The notes: generated by a model not told the origin, from the sequence alone. DNA of 64,000 nt from Macrostomum lignano (GCA_002269645.1 NIVC01001798.1:124001-188000), one strand, 5' to 3'; positions 24,429 through 45,552 are shown, counted from the first letter of the stretch. A program made the numbers and translations.

Positions 24429-27400
24429 TTAACGAGAGTTGGCAGCCATTGTCTCCTGGATCCATTCGAACATATTTGGAACGCTGGCGTAAACGCCTGG
24501 CTTCTTCGCACCTGCAAGTAGGATTTATTTTTAATTAGCCTGAATCACGTGCTCTGATTGACGTGCTCTGAATGCGAGGCTATTGATGTAATTGTCAATA
24601 GCCTCGCATTTGTATATACTGCGGCTGTACTTAGCTAGATGTGCATTTAAGTGTAGCTTATTGTCTATGGCCGAGTGCAGCTCTGTGGCAGTGGCTTTGA
24701 TTGGCTTTATTGTCTATGGCCAAGTGCAGCTCTGTGGCAGTGTGGCTTTGATTGGCTTTATTGTCTATGGCCAAGTGCAGCTCTGTGGCAGTGTGGCTTT
24801 GATTGGCTTTATTGTCTATGGCCAAGTGCAGCTCTGTGGCAGTGGCTTTGATTGGCTTTATTGTCTATGGCCGAGTGCAGCTCTGTGGCAGTGGCTTTGA
24901 TTGGATTTATTGTCTATGGCCAAGTGCAGCTCTGTGGCAGTGGCTTTGATTGGCTTTATTGTCTATGGCCGAGTGCAGCTCTGTGGCAGTGGCTTTGATT
25001 GGCTTTATTGTCTATGGCCGAGTGCAGTTCTGTGGCAGTGGCTTTGATTGGCTTTATTGTCTATGGCCGAGTGCAGCTCTGTGGCAGTGGCTTTGATTGG
25101 CTTTATTGTCTATGGCCGAGTGCAGTTCTGTGGCAGTGGCTTTGATTGGCTTTATTGTCTATGGCCGAGTGCAGTTCTGTGGCAGTGGCTGCTGCTGCTG
25201 CTGTTGTTGTAGCGAATGGGCATTTTCTAATTGATCGGCTACATTAAGGATGAGTTTTCTTGGTAGTGTACCTCTATCTAGGTGTAATATCATGAAAGTG
25301 CACATTGTGTAGGCATAGACAGATGTGCCTTGGACACCTGTTCATGTAGCCAGCTCCACTTACCAGCGCAGCCGATGCCCCAGGAGGTGGCGCCGAACAG
25401 GTACCACTTCTCGTCAGCACCGTCACCCTCTGAGCACACGAGCGGACCGCCGCTGTCACCCTGTGAGAAATACGTGATGAGGGCAAGTGGGTCAAAGGGC
25501 AGGAGGATTTGTGGGTCAAAAGGAATGAGGATTCGTGATCAAGGGGGTTGAGAATTTGTGGGTCAAAGGAGACGAGGGTTAATGGGGCAAAGGGGATGAG
25601 GATATGTGGAGGGGTTAAGGATTTGTGGGTCAAAAGGGATGGTAGTTTGTGGGTCAAAGGGGTTAAGGGTTGGTGGGTCAAAGGGGTTGAGGGTTCGTTA
25701 GTGGGTCAAAAGGGGAGTAGGATAGGTTGAAACTTTGTTGGTCCTGCAAACCTGACAGGCGTCGTGGCCGCCGGCGTCGTAACCGGCGCAGATCATGCGG
25801 TCGGTGATGTCGCCGTTGTAGAAGTCGCGCTGGTTGCACTTGGCGTTGTCGACGATGGGAACGTAGGCCTGCTTCAGAATGCCGGAATGGCCGGTACCTG
25901 GAGAGGGGTAGGAGCGAGAATTAACGATACACTTTGCAATAGAGAAAAATGCAAAAAATTATAATCAGCCTACTAATAATAAGCACCCAAGTATATCGGA
26001 CATTAATGTTCTTAATTTTCTCGTCAATAATAAAAGTCTTGGATAATAGTTTGTATGCACGAGTCTCTCTACACCTGCACTCGTTTAACTGAGATAAGGG
26101 TTGAGGCGAAAAACTTCTTATCAAAAGATATTATTAAGTCGGTCATTAAGCAGTACTTTAAAGTACTTTACAAGCATTATCGGCTAGAATCCAATATCAA
26201 TACAAGTTTACTGCTTTGAGTGGAGGGTGAGGCATGCTGCGTACTAACCGCCGCCAACTCTGCTTAACTTGCGGCGCTTGTAGAGTCAATTCACTAAAAC
26301 CCCTCGCCTAGCGACCCCTAAAATATCCACGCGTAATAAAATCTCCAGCTCTCACCTCCAACAGATCCCCAGCCGGTGGTGTAGCACAGAGTCTCGCCGG
26401 GGAAGTCAAAGTCAGCCAGGCAGGCAGGGCTGATGTTCTCGTTGTAGTCGATCTTCTCGGCTAGGCGCATCAGGGCGATGTCGTAGTCGATGGTCCGGGA
26501 GTTGTAGCTGTTTGTTTGTTTGCGTGGCTTTATTAATTCAGTGTTATTAAACTGGACTATTACATAGTTCTCATCGACCCTACCCCATAGAAGAGCACTA
26601 TGTGATATTCCGTCAAACGTCCTTAAAGCCTTATATTACTGTACTTGTACCAAAGACATTTACACCGAAGTCACACAACCAGTGCGGCTAGATTAGGGGT
26701 TTCGACCATAGACTATTTTATTCGTGAATCATAAATGAAACTAAGCTATGTATAAGATATTCCCCACCACTTGTTTAGTCTATTTTGGTCGCAAATGGTT
26801 GGATGACTACAGTTTATTGGCCGAGAGGCGAAGAGGCTTCATGGCAGCATCAAGGACCCCTAATAGTACAACTAGTCTAGTAGTCCTTGGGCAGCATGTG
26901 TTCTGTAATAAAGCTTTCTTAATGGGAGCTGAATTTAGATCAAGCCATAGACAGTTGCGTTTTGGAACCTGAGTGAGGTTTCTATGGCCTTTTTGGTCTT
27001 TTCTTACAGGTATATTCTCCGTCTTGGTTGTCGCCTTCTTTCTACCTCTGTTATTGAAACCTAGAAATTAAACAGGGCATAACAAGCCAACGACTCACCG
27101 AGGATGCGAGATGATCTTGTCCACTCGGACATTCTTCTGCGTTGGGTCAGTGCTGGTCTTCCGGTAGCTGCCCAGGCCGAGAGTGTACCTGGACGGCGAG
27201 TCGTTCTCAACGCAATGGGCTGCGGTCACAACCCACTCGTGATTGACCAGGGTACCACCGCAATAATGCGAGTTGAAGACGAACATCTGCACCTGCCAGG
27301 GCCAGGAGCCGGGGCGAGCGTCCCGGCCGCCAACGATGAAACCGTTGCCATGGTGATGATCGATGGCCTTCTTGCCACAATCAGTGTTGCCTAACAGTGG

Positions 27401-30400
27401 GAAGGTTAAGCACGCATGATTAGACGTTTATTTCAGGAAAAAGATCTGTATAGGGGGAAATCCTTTCAAAAATCTATTTATAGATTGTCAGGAAATCACT
27501 GGCCTCAAACGCTACTCACAGTACTCCTCATCGGAGTTGTCGCCGCAGTCGTCCTTGCCGTCGCAGCGCAGAGAACGGTCGATGCACTTGTCGTTCTTGC
27601 ACTTGAACTCGTTTGGCGCGCAGATCACTGGAGTAAACAATGTGTTTGGGGTGTCACCTGTTAGACACGGGGTGTCACCTGTTAGACACGGGGTGTCACC
27701 TGTTAGACACGGGGTGTCACCTATTAGATACTGGGTGTCACCTATTAGATACTGGGTGTCACCTATTAGATACGGGGTGTCACCTTTTAGACACGGGGTG
27801 TCACCTGTTAGACATGGGGTGTCACCTGTTAGACACGGGGTGTCACCTGTCAGACACTCGGTTCCACCTGTCAGACACTCGGTTCCACCTGTCAGACACT
27901 CGGTTCCACCTGTCAGACACTCGGTTCCACCTGTCAGACACTCGGTTCCACCTGTCAGACACTCGGTTCCACCTGTCAGACACTCGGTTCCACCTGTCAG
28001 ACACTCGGTTCCACCTGTCAGACACTCGGTTCCACCTGTCAGACACTCGGTTCCACCTGTCAGACACTCGGTTCCACCTGTCAGACACTCGGTTCCACCT
28101 GTCAGACACTCGGTTCCACCTGTCAGACACTCGGTTCCACCTGTCAGACACTCGGTTCCACCTGTCAGACACTCGGTTCCACCTGTCAGACACTCGGTTC
28201 CACCTGTCAGACACTCGGTTCCACCTGTCAGACACTCAGTTCCACCTGTCAGACACTCGGTTCCACCTGTCAGACACTCGGTTCCACCTGTCAGACACTC
28301 GGTTCCACCTGTCAGACACTCGGTTCCACCTGTCAGACACTCGGTTCCACCTGTCAGACACTCGGTTCCACCTGTCAGACACTCGGTTCCACCTGTCAGA
28401 CACTCGGTTCCACCTGTCAGACACTCGGTTCCACCTGTCAGACACTCGGTTCCACCTGTCAGACACTCGGTTCCACCTGTCAGACACTCGGTTCCACCTG
28501 TCAGACACTCGGTTCCACCTGTCAGACACTCGGTTCCACCTGTCAGACACTCGGTTCCACCTGTCAGACACTCGGTTCCACCTGTCAGACATTCGGTTCC
28601 ACCTGTCAGACACTCGGTTCCACCTGTCAGACACTCGGTTCCACCTGTCAGACACTCGGTTCCACCTGTCAGACACTCGGTTCCACCTGTCAGACACTCG
28701 GTTCCACCTGTCAGACTCACCAGGCGGTTCGACAGTCTTCCAGCTGATCTTGAAGCCGCGGCCGGTGATGGAGTGGTCGGTTTTGAAGCGGAAGTACAAC
28801 TTGTTGGTGGTGCTCTTTAGGGCCTGGGGCAGCGAGCTGCCGCAGTAGCGACCGAGGCGCTGTTGACATGATGAGATTGACGATATCAATGAACTTTCAG
28901 TAATTTGCTTTCCCTGTTCACCACCAACTCTACTCTAACACTGAAAGATCCATTCTCTCTCTTCTCGATCTGTTTACACCCGCGTGATCAACTCTCTCAC
29001 CCATGATCTACTCTCTCACCCATGATCTACTCTCTCACCCATGATCTACTCTCCCACCCATGATCTACTCTCTCACCCATGATCTTCTCTCTCACCCATG
29101 ATCTACTCTCTCACCAATGATCTACTCTCCCACCCATGATCTACTCTCCCACCCATGATCTACTCTCTCACCCATGATCTACTCTCTCACCCATGATCTA
29201 CTCTCTCACCAATGATCTACTCTCCCACCCATGATCTACTCTCTCACCCATGATCTACTCTCTCACCCATGATCTACTCTCTCACCAATGATCTACTCTC
29301 TCACCCATGATCTACTCTCCCACCCATGATCTACTCTCTCACCCATGATCTACTCTCTCACCCATGATCTACTCTCTCACCCATGATCTACTCTCTCACC
29401 CATCATCTACTCTCTCACTCATGATCTACTCTCTCACCCATCATCTACTCTCTCACTCATGATCCACTCTATCCCTTATGATCTACTCTCTCTCTCTCTT
29501 ACGCCAAACCCACTCTCACGCTGCTCCTGATGCCCTGCTGTCTCACAATAGAAACTTCCTCAGCTCCAATAGTGCTCACCTTGCTGGAGCTGTCAGGTCC
29601 GTCATACACGTCAAGATAGTCGTACCGACAGCTGCTGTCGGCCTCGAGATCGAATGCCTCGAAATTAATCTCCAAAGCCTTATCGTCGACGGTGGTGATT
29701 GTCCAAGTGCATTCGAAATTGTTAGGATATTCGGAGTTGCCGTAGTCAGTGTGGGACACGAACTCGCCAGTTGGGCCCGTCAGCTGCGACTGGCCGCATC
29801 GGGCGTCTGGTGAAATTTGTGTTGTGATTAGTACTTTATAATCACGCGATATTCGCGATGCACTACTTCAGTGAGTATAAATTATACAATCAAATCACTA
29901 TCGCCATCGACAATAAAGCCAATTAAAGACACTGCCACAGAACTGCACTCGGCCATAGACAATAAAGCCAATCAAAGCCACACTGCCACAGAACTGCACT
30001 CGGCCATAGACAATAAAGCCAATCAAAGCCACACTGCCACAGAACTGCACTCGGCCATAGAAAATAAAGCCAATCAAAGCCACACTGCCACAGAACTGCA
30101 CTCGGTCATAGACAATAAAGCCAATCAAAGCCACACTGCCACAGAACTGCACTCGGCCATAGACAATAAAGCCAATCAAAGCCACTACCACAGAACTGCA
30201 CTCGGCCATAGACAATAAAGCCAATCAAAGCCACACTGCCACAGAACTGCACTCGGCCATAGACAATAAAGCCAATCAAGGCCACACTGCCACAGAACTG
30301 CACTCGGCCATCGACAATAAAGCCAATTAAAGACAGTGCCACAGAACTGCACTCGGCCATAGACAATAAAGCCAATCAAAGCCACACTGCCACAGAGCTG

Positions 30401-30905
30401 CACTCGGCCATGGACAATAAAGCCAATCAAAGCCACACTGCCACAGAGCTGCACTCGGCCATAGACAATAAAGCCAATCAAAGCCACTGCCACAGAACTG
30501 CACTCGGCCATAGACAATAAAGCCAATCAAAGCCACTGCCACAGAACTGCACTCGGCCATAGACAATATCAGATAAAGGCAATCAAGCAGACAGCTCGCA
30601 ATTCAAAACTACACTCTCCTACAGACTGCAAGCAAGGCCAAGTCGTTTAATTCTAAATTCTCTCTAATTAGAAGACAGTCAAGTAGAGAAACTCAAAGAA
30701 AGTATTCAAGGACCATTGAAATGTTATTAGTCTAGTAGTCCTTGCAGGTATTCTGTGCGCTGAAGTTTATCAGTAAACTAGACTAACAAAAGCAATACTA
30801 GATGCTAATTGTGTTACCAAAAATGCTGCATGGTTGTATAGTATACTCACCCTGAGCAGTGGCTGCGCTAGCCAACAAAGCCGCCGACAAGATGACGAGC
30901 AGCAT
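24429..30905 (-). CDS. Secreted CUB-LDLa-trypsin (S1A) serine protease, 432 aa, 9 exons
   Basis: Exons 30905-30851, 29806-29580, 28859-28721, 27627-27520, 27390-27099, 26507-26356, 25897-25752, 25460-25364, 24511-24429. All GT-AG and phase-consistent, 1299 nt. Motifs IVGG, TAAHC, DYDIAL, DACQGDSGGP, SWG, PGVY. Confidence 0.95.
24656..25190. repeat. 49/51-bp dispersed minisatellite family, locus 1 (protease intron 8)
   Basis: GGCTTTGATTGGCTTTATTGTCTATGGCCGAGTGCAGCTCTGTGGCAGT units. Confidence 0.95.
27645..28715. repeat. 21-bp minisatellite (CACCTGTCAGACACTCGGTTC and CACCTGTTAGACACGGGGTGT) filling protease intron 3
   Basis: About 51 copies; source of 400-aa spurious ORFs. Confidence 0.97.
28990..29470. 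repeat. 19-bp minisatellite ATGATCTACTCTCTCACCC in protease intron 2
   Basis: About 25 copies. Confidence 0.95.
29903..30567. repeat. 49/51-bp dispersed minisatellite family, locus 2 (protease intron 1), inverted relative to locus 1
   Basis: CCACAGAACTGCACTCGGCCATAGACAATAAAGCCAATCAAAG is the reverse complement of the locus 1 unit. Confidence 0.95.
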
Positions 30906-31589
30906 TATGCAGTAAGTATTAGTTGAAAAAAATTCGTTGTCAAATTCAACTTGGAATTTTTCCAACCGGAGGAGCGACTTCACACTGTATTTATGTAGAA
31001 AAATTTGCTCTCAAAATTCTACTGGTGTCTTTACTCCCACGGATAAGAAATAGCGTGAGATCTGGACACGTTTTGCACCACACTTAACTATTTAATAATG
31101 ACTTATGCAAAATGTAACGAGTTCGACTGCCTATAGGCAATAAATATATTGATTTTATCAGTGGCTCAAAGCTTCAGCTGATATTGTAGTCGGCGATTTC
31201 TGCTATCTCAACCTTTGAAATCTGGTTCAGTGCAGTTAAACCGGAATTAGTAGATGATACTGTCCATTATTTAGGAAGCATATCATAGCACTCAGCAGGG
31301 TCGTGACTAATTATGGACTTTGGTTATTTGATTGAATTGATTATTTTTTTTATGAAATAATTCTTTAACTTGTGGCGAGGACGCAAGTTCAATCAAGGTC
31401 GGATTTGTTCTCTAGCTAGATTTCTAGCCTGGTTTTGGGACTTGATGTTACAGGAAACCGAATTTATTAATTTGATGTTTGTTCATGAACTTTGGCTCAT
31501 TCATTAAGCAATAAGCTTATATGATTCACTTTAGCGTTTTAATTCAGTTCAGTTCGGTTTAACTGTTTAGTGGACTAAAGCAGAGTGGA

Positions 31590-32495
31590 TAGAGTAGAGC
31601 AGAGCAAAGTAGAGTGGAGAAAGAGTAGGGTAGAGTAGAGTAGGGTAGAGTAGAGTAGGATAGAGTAGAGTAGGGTAGAGTAGGGTAGAGTAGAGTAGGA
31701 TAGAGTAAAGTAGAGTAGAGTAGAGTGAGCAGGGTAGAATCGAGTAAGGTAGAGTAGAGTAGAGTAGAGTAGAGTAGAGTAGGCTAGAATCGAGTAAGGT
31801 AGAGTGGAGTAGAGTAGAGTAGAGTAGAGTAGGCTAGAATCGAGTAAGGTAGAGTGGAGTAGGATAGAGTAGGGTAGGATAGAGTAGGGTAGGGTAGAGT
31901 AGATTAGGGTAGAGTAGAGTAGGGTAGAGTAGAGTAGGGTAGAGTAAAGTAGGGTAGAGTAGAGTAGGGTAGAGTAGAGTAGGGGAGAGTAGAGTAGAGT
32001 AGAGTAGGGTAGAATCGAGTAAGGTAGAGTGGAGTAGGATAGAGTAGAGTAGGATAGAGTAGGGTAGGGTAGAGTAAAGTAGGATAGAGTAGAGTAGAGT
32101 ATAGTGAGCAGGGTAGAATCGAGTAAGGTAGAGTGGAGTAGGATAGAGTAGAGTAGGATAGAGTAGGGTAGGGTAGAGTAAAGTAGGATAGAGTAGAGTA
32201 GAGTATAGTGAGCAGGGTAGAATCGAGTAAGGTAGAGTAGAGTAGGGTAGAGTAGAGTAGGGTAGAGTAGAATTGTGTAGAGGAAAGCAGGGTAGAGCAC
32301 AATAAGGTCGAGTAGAGGTGGGTTGAGTAGAGCAAGGTTAGAATCGAGTAAGGTAGAGTAGAGTAGGATAGAGTAGAGTAGAGTAGAGTAGAGTAGAGTA
32401 GAGTTGGGTAGAGTCGAGTAGGGTAGAGTAGAGTTGAGTAGAGGAAAGCAGGGTAGAGCAGAATAGGGTAGAGTAGAGTAGGGTAGAGTAGAGTA
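31590..32495. repeat. Degenerate (TAGAG)n pentanucleotide satellite
   Basis: Direct reading. Confidence 0.95.
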
Positions 32496-33069
32496 GGCAT
32501 AATATTGATAGAGAAACCACTTCATCGACATTTCATCGGCACGTCGACATCATCGACACCACTTCATCGACACAAACGACACATCGTGAGCTAACTTACT
32601 TGTGAATCTTTGTTGCGCCTATCTATAGCAGATGGATTGAAACGCATCCATAAATGTATCTTTTTCCCTGAAAACTGAGCCTACGAGTATCGTCCACTGT
32701 TGTTTAAAGTACATCTTCTATCAGACGCTTTGTGACCTGCTGGCGCATCCTGCTCAGCTCCAGAGCGGCGGCCACCACCTCAAGCTGCTCCAATTTTTTA
32801 CAGCGCTCCCAGCTCAGAGCCCGGCCTCATAAATCATTATTAATTAAGTAGCTTACAAGCTAGCAGGTAACTACCCAGCTGCTGAGCATGGCTGGGCGTG
32901 TGCAGGCGCATCCTATTAAAGTGCTCAATTCTGCAGTTGGTAGCTCGTATTTGTCTATATACAGCTTTAATGGAATAAAACTAATCAAACACTCCCAGAG
33001 GTTGCATGGTTTTGAGTGACTCAGTGTTAATGCCACTTGTCACTGTTAGTAGTGTCCGTATGCATGAGG

Positions 33070-35564
<2,495 letters not shown>

Positions 35565-35640
35565 TTCATAAGGCAGTTTGAAACTGCAAACCACGCACTC
35601 GGAAGATATTGAAGGTTACCAGTTGTCGAATGTTCGAAAA

Positions 35641-35681
35641 AAACCGATATTTCGGCCCAGACTGGGCCTTCGTCAGGGTTT
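35641..35681 (-). ncRNA. Minimal type I hammerhead ribozyme, copy 1
   Basis: AAACC-CUGACGA-A-GGCCCAG U CUGGGCC-GAAA-U-A-UC-GGUUU: conserved core, stem I AAACC/GGUUU, perfect stem II, palindromic AUAU in place of stem III, predicted cleavage after AUC at 35646. Confidence 0.85.
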
Positions 35682-37006
35682 ATTTATTCGGGTTTAAAAA
35701 CAAATATATTGGCAGTGAAGTTATTGTAACATAATTTCAATATATATATATGCTACTTTTGGGGGTGCACTGAGCAGTGTTGAGTAAAGATGTGTACGTA
35801 TAATTAGTTAAAAACGTGAGTTGAAGCACGCTGATTGGTTAAAGATTGGCAGCTTAAAGCCTTGCACAAAAAATATTAAAGATGTTAGGTGCTATAGAAA
35901 AACAGATTTAGAGCGTAGAAGTGTATGAATAAGCATCTTGAAAAGTTCAACAAATAAGTTATTTACGCCCGTAGAATTGAGAACAAATATTAAATTAAAA
36001 CAGAGCACTGAGAACTTTTCAAAAAGAAGTGCAAGTAAATAGATGTTATTACATAAACAGTAAATAAATAGAGTCGCCAGGCAGGCCACTAGTTGCAGTT
36101 GGCGGCGTCTGGTCACAGATCGCCGCCTGCACAGCCCCTGGTCACAGGCGACTGGGCACTGCAGATCAGTTGAGGCTAGATTATCAGTAGTAGTAGCACT
36201 AGTAGTTGCAGTAGTAGCTCGTAGTAGTAGTAATGGAAGTAGTAGTAGTACAAGTATTAGTAGAGTAGTAGTAGAGCAGTCGTAGGCGTAGTCGTAGTAG
36301 AGACGTACTGGTAAGCAGTTATTTGAAGTAGCCAGGCAGGCCACTAGTCGCAGTTGGCGGCGTCTGGTCACAGATCGCCGCCTGCACAGCCCCTGGTCAC
36401 AGGCGACTGGGCACTGCAGATCAGTTGAGGCTAGATTATCAGTAGTAGTAGCACTAGTAGTTGCAGTAGTAGCTCGTAGTAGTAGTAATGGAAGTAGTAG
36501 TAGTACAAGTATTAGTAGAGTAGTAGTAGAGCAGTCGTAGGCGTAGTCGTAGTAGAGACGTACTGGTAAGCAGTTATTTGAAGTAGCCAGGCAGGCCACT
36601 AGTCGCAGTTGGCGGCGTCTGGTCACAGATCGCCGCCTGCACAGCCCCTGGTCACAGGCGACTGGGCACTGCGGATCAGTTGAAGCTAGATTTTCAGTAG
36701 TAGTAGCACTAGTAGTTGCAGTAGTAGTAGTAGTGGTAGTAGAGTAGTAGTAGTACAGTCGTAGTCGTAGCCGTAGTCGTAGTAGTGTCGTGCGTCTTAA
36801 ATATTCAGCTGCAGAAATAGTACTCTTGCTTATCCCAAGTAGATTTTTGGCGGAGAATAGCTCGTATACGAAGATATTTTGTTGACAAACATGGCGAGCC
36901 TCAATAATAGTCCGGTCCTGGGTACAGATATTCATAAGGCAGTTTGAAACTGCAAACCACGCACTCGGAAGATATTGAAGGTTACCAGTTGTCGAATGTT
37001 CGAAAA

Positions 37007-37047
37007 AAACCGATATTTCGGCCCAGACTGGGCCTTCGTCAGGGTTT
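37007..37047 (-). ncRNA. Minimal type I hammerhead ribozyme, copy 2
   Basis: Identical to copy 1. Confidence 0.85.
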
Positions 37048-38372
37048 ATTTATTCGGGTTTAAAAACAAATATATTGGCAGTGAAGTTATTGTAACATAA
37101 TTTCAATATATATATATGCTACTTTTGGGGGTGCACTGAGCAGTGTTGAGTAAAGATGTGTACGTATAATTAGTTAAAAACGTGAGTTGAAGCACGCTGA
37201 TTGGTTAAAGATTGGCAGCTTAAAGCCTTGCACAAAAAATATTAAAGATGTTAGGTGCTATAGAAAAACAGATTTAGAGCGTAGAAGTGTATGAATAAGC
37301 ATCTTGAAAAGTTCAACAAATAAGTTATTTACGCCCGTAGAATTGAGAACAAATATTAAATTAAAACAGAGCACTGAGAACTTTTCAAAAAGAAGTGCAA
37401 GTAAATAGATGTTATTACATAAACAGTAAATAAATAGAGTCGCCAGGCAGGCCACTAGTTGCAGTTGGCGGCGTCTGGTCACAGATCGCCGCCTGCACAG
37501 CCCCTGGTCACAGGCGACTGGGCACTGCAGATCAGTTGAGGCTAGATTATCAGTAGTAGTAGCACTAGTAGTTGCAGTAGTAGCTCGTAGTAGTAGTAAT
37601 GGAAGTAGTAGTAGTACAAGTATTAGTAGAGTAGTAGTAGAGCAGTCGTAGGCGTAGTCGTAGTAGAGACGTACTGGTAAGCAGTTATTTGAAGTAGCCA
37701 GGCAGGCCACTAGTCGCAGTTGGCGGCGTCTGGTCACAGATCGCCGCCTGCACAGCCCCTGGTCACAGGCGACTGGGCACTGCAGATCAGTTGAGGCTAG
37801 ATTATCAGTAGTAGTAGCACTAGTAGTTGCAGTAGTAGCTCGTAGTAGTAGTAATGGAAGTAGTAGTAGTACAAGTATTAGTAGAGTAGTAGTAGAGCAG
37901 TCGTAGGCGTAGTCGTAGTAGAGACGTACTGGTAAGCAGTTATTTGAAGTAGCCAGGCAGGCCACTAGTCGCAGTTGGCGGCGTCTGGTCACAGATCGCC
38001 GCCTGCACAGCCCCTGGTCACAGGCGACTGGGCACTGCGGATCAGTTGAAGCTAGATTTTCAGTAGTAGTAGCACTAGTAGTTGCAGTAGTAGTAGTAGT
38101 GGTAGTAGAGTAGTAGTAGTACAGTCGTAGTCGTAGCCGTAGTCGTAGTAGTGTCGTGCGTCTTAAATATTCAGCTGCAGAAATAGTACTCTTGCTTATC
38201 CCAAGTAGATTTTTGGCGGAGAATAGCTCGTATACGAAGATATTTTGTTGACAAACATGGCGAGCCTCAATAATAGTCCGGTCCTGGGTACAGATATTCA
38301 TAAGGCAGTTTGAAACTGCAAACCACGCACTCGGAAGATATTGAAGGTTACCAGTTGTCGAATGTTCGAAAA

Positions 38373-38413
38373 AAACCGATATTTCGGCCCAGACTGGGCC
38401 TTCGTCAGGGTTT
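38373..38413 (-). ncRNA. Minimal type I hammerhead ribozyme, copy 3
   Basis: Identical to copy 1. Confidence 0.85.
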
Positions 38414-39482
38414 ATTTATTCGGGTTTAAAAACAAATATATTGGCAGTGAAGTTATTGTAACATAATTTCAATATATATATATGCTACTTTTGGGGGTGC
38501 ACTGAGCAGTGTTGAGTAAAGATGTGTACGTATAATTAGTTAAAAACGTGAGTTGAAGCACGCTGATTGGTTAAAGATTGGCAGCTTAAAGCCTTGCACA
38601 AAAAATATTAAAGATGTTAGGTGCTATAGAAAAACAGATTTAGAGCGTAGAAGTGTATGAATAAGCATCTTGAAAAGTTCAACAAATAAGTTATTTACGC
38701 CCGTAGAATTGAGAACAAATATTAAATTAAAACAGAGCACTGAGAACTTTTCAAAAAGAAGTGCAAGTAAATAGATGTTATTACATAAACAGTAAATAAA
38801 TAGAGTCGCCAGGCAGGCCACTAGTTGCAGTTGGCGGCGTCTGGTCACAGATCGCCGCCTGCACAGCCCCTGGTCACAGGCGACTGGGCACTGCAGATCA
38901 GTTGAGGCTAGATTATCAGTAGTAGTAGCACTAGTAGTTGCAGTAGTAGCTCGTAGTAGTAGTAATGGAAGTAGTAGTAGTACAAGTATTAGTAGAGTAG
39001 TAGTAGAGCAGTCGTAGGCGTAGTCGTAGTAGAGACGTACTGGTAAGCAGTTATTTGAAGTAGCCAGGCAGGCCACTAGTCGCAGTTGGCGGCGTCTGGT
39101 CACAGATCGCCGCCTGCACAGCCCCTGGTCACAGGCGACTGGGCACTGCAGATCAGTTGAGGCTAGATTATCAGTAGTAGTAGCACTAGTAGTTGCAGTA
39201 GTAGCTCGTAGTAGTAGTAATGGAAGTAGTAGTAGTACAAGTATTAGTAGAGTAGTAGTAGAGCAGTCGTAGGCGTAGTCGTAGTAGAGACGTACTGGTA
39301 AGCAGTTATTTGAAGTAGCCAGGCAGGCCACTAGTCGCAGTTGGCGGCGTCTGGTCACAGATCGCCGCCTGCACAGCCCCTGGTCACAGGCGACTGGGCA
39401 CTGCGGATCAGTTGAAGCTAGATTTTCAGTAGTAGTAGCACTAGTAGTTGCAGTAGTAGTAGTAGTGGTAGTAGAGTAGTAG

Positions 39483-44768
<5,286 letters not shown>

Positions 44769-45552
44769 TTCTAGTTCAATGTACTGCACAACTTTTTCGT
44801 TACTTCCTCGTGAGCTAGCCTATTCTCAGCGGGATCCACACCCTCCAGTCGGCGCTTCACATGCTCCGCCATCCATCCTCCTACTCAGACTCTCAAGTCC
44901 GCATATAGCATCTTTACTGATACATCCCATTTTCGGCTAACACAGTCATCTGCATATATATGAAGCAGGGTTCGAGCCACCCCAGCCTTCTCAGCAGCAG
45001 CAGCAGCAGTTTTGGTCGCTTCATGGAGTTTTAGACCAATATACGTGCATGTAACCTCGTTTCATTTCTGAGCCTGTCCTTGTCTCTGTAACCCCCTGTA
45101 ACTCTTCTTCTCCCCGCACCGCAGTCCAACCAATAGACGTTCATATTTATTTTGCTGGTCTGCTCGCTCCCAAACCGTTAAGGCCCAGCGTCCGCAGAAG
45201 TCCAGGCCATCTACATGTATCTGCAATTTTAAGTCACTATAGCTATTAGTTCTACAGTTGCACGGAGTCCAACAGCCCGCTTTGAAAACTCAATCTGTAC
45301 ATTTGTTATAATCAAGTTTAGAAATTAAATAGCGGCAATGTCCCGCAGTGCCAACGATTTGATAGATCGGCACAATATTACCCAGTGCGATGCTGACTTT
45401 CAAATACCGCCCAGCATTAGGCAGCTCAGAGGTGAGTAGTGAGTACCATACGTACTGTGCTCTGATACTAATTACTAAGCATGTGAAAGCGAGTTATCTC
45501 TGTGTAGACAGGCTGCTGTAGCATTTCATGAGCAGTTAGCAGTAAGAACTGA

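Noticed and set aside
44830-45050. Minus-strand LLHIYADDCV...LYADLRV as a reverse-transcriptase remnant
   Set aside because: Only the YADD-like motif matches; an in-frame stop follows and no other RT motifs were recognised, so support is insufficient.
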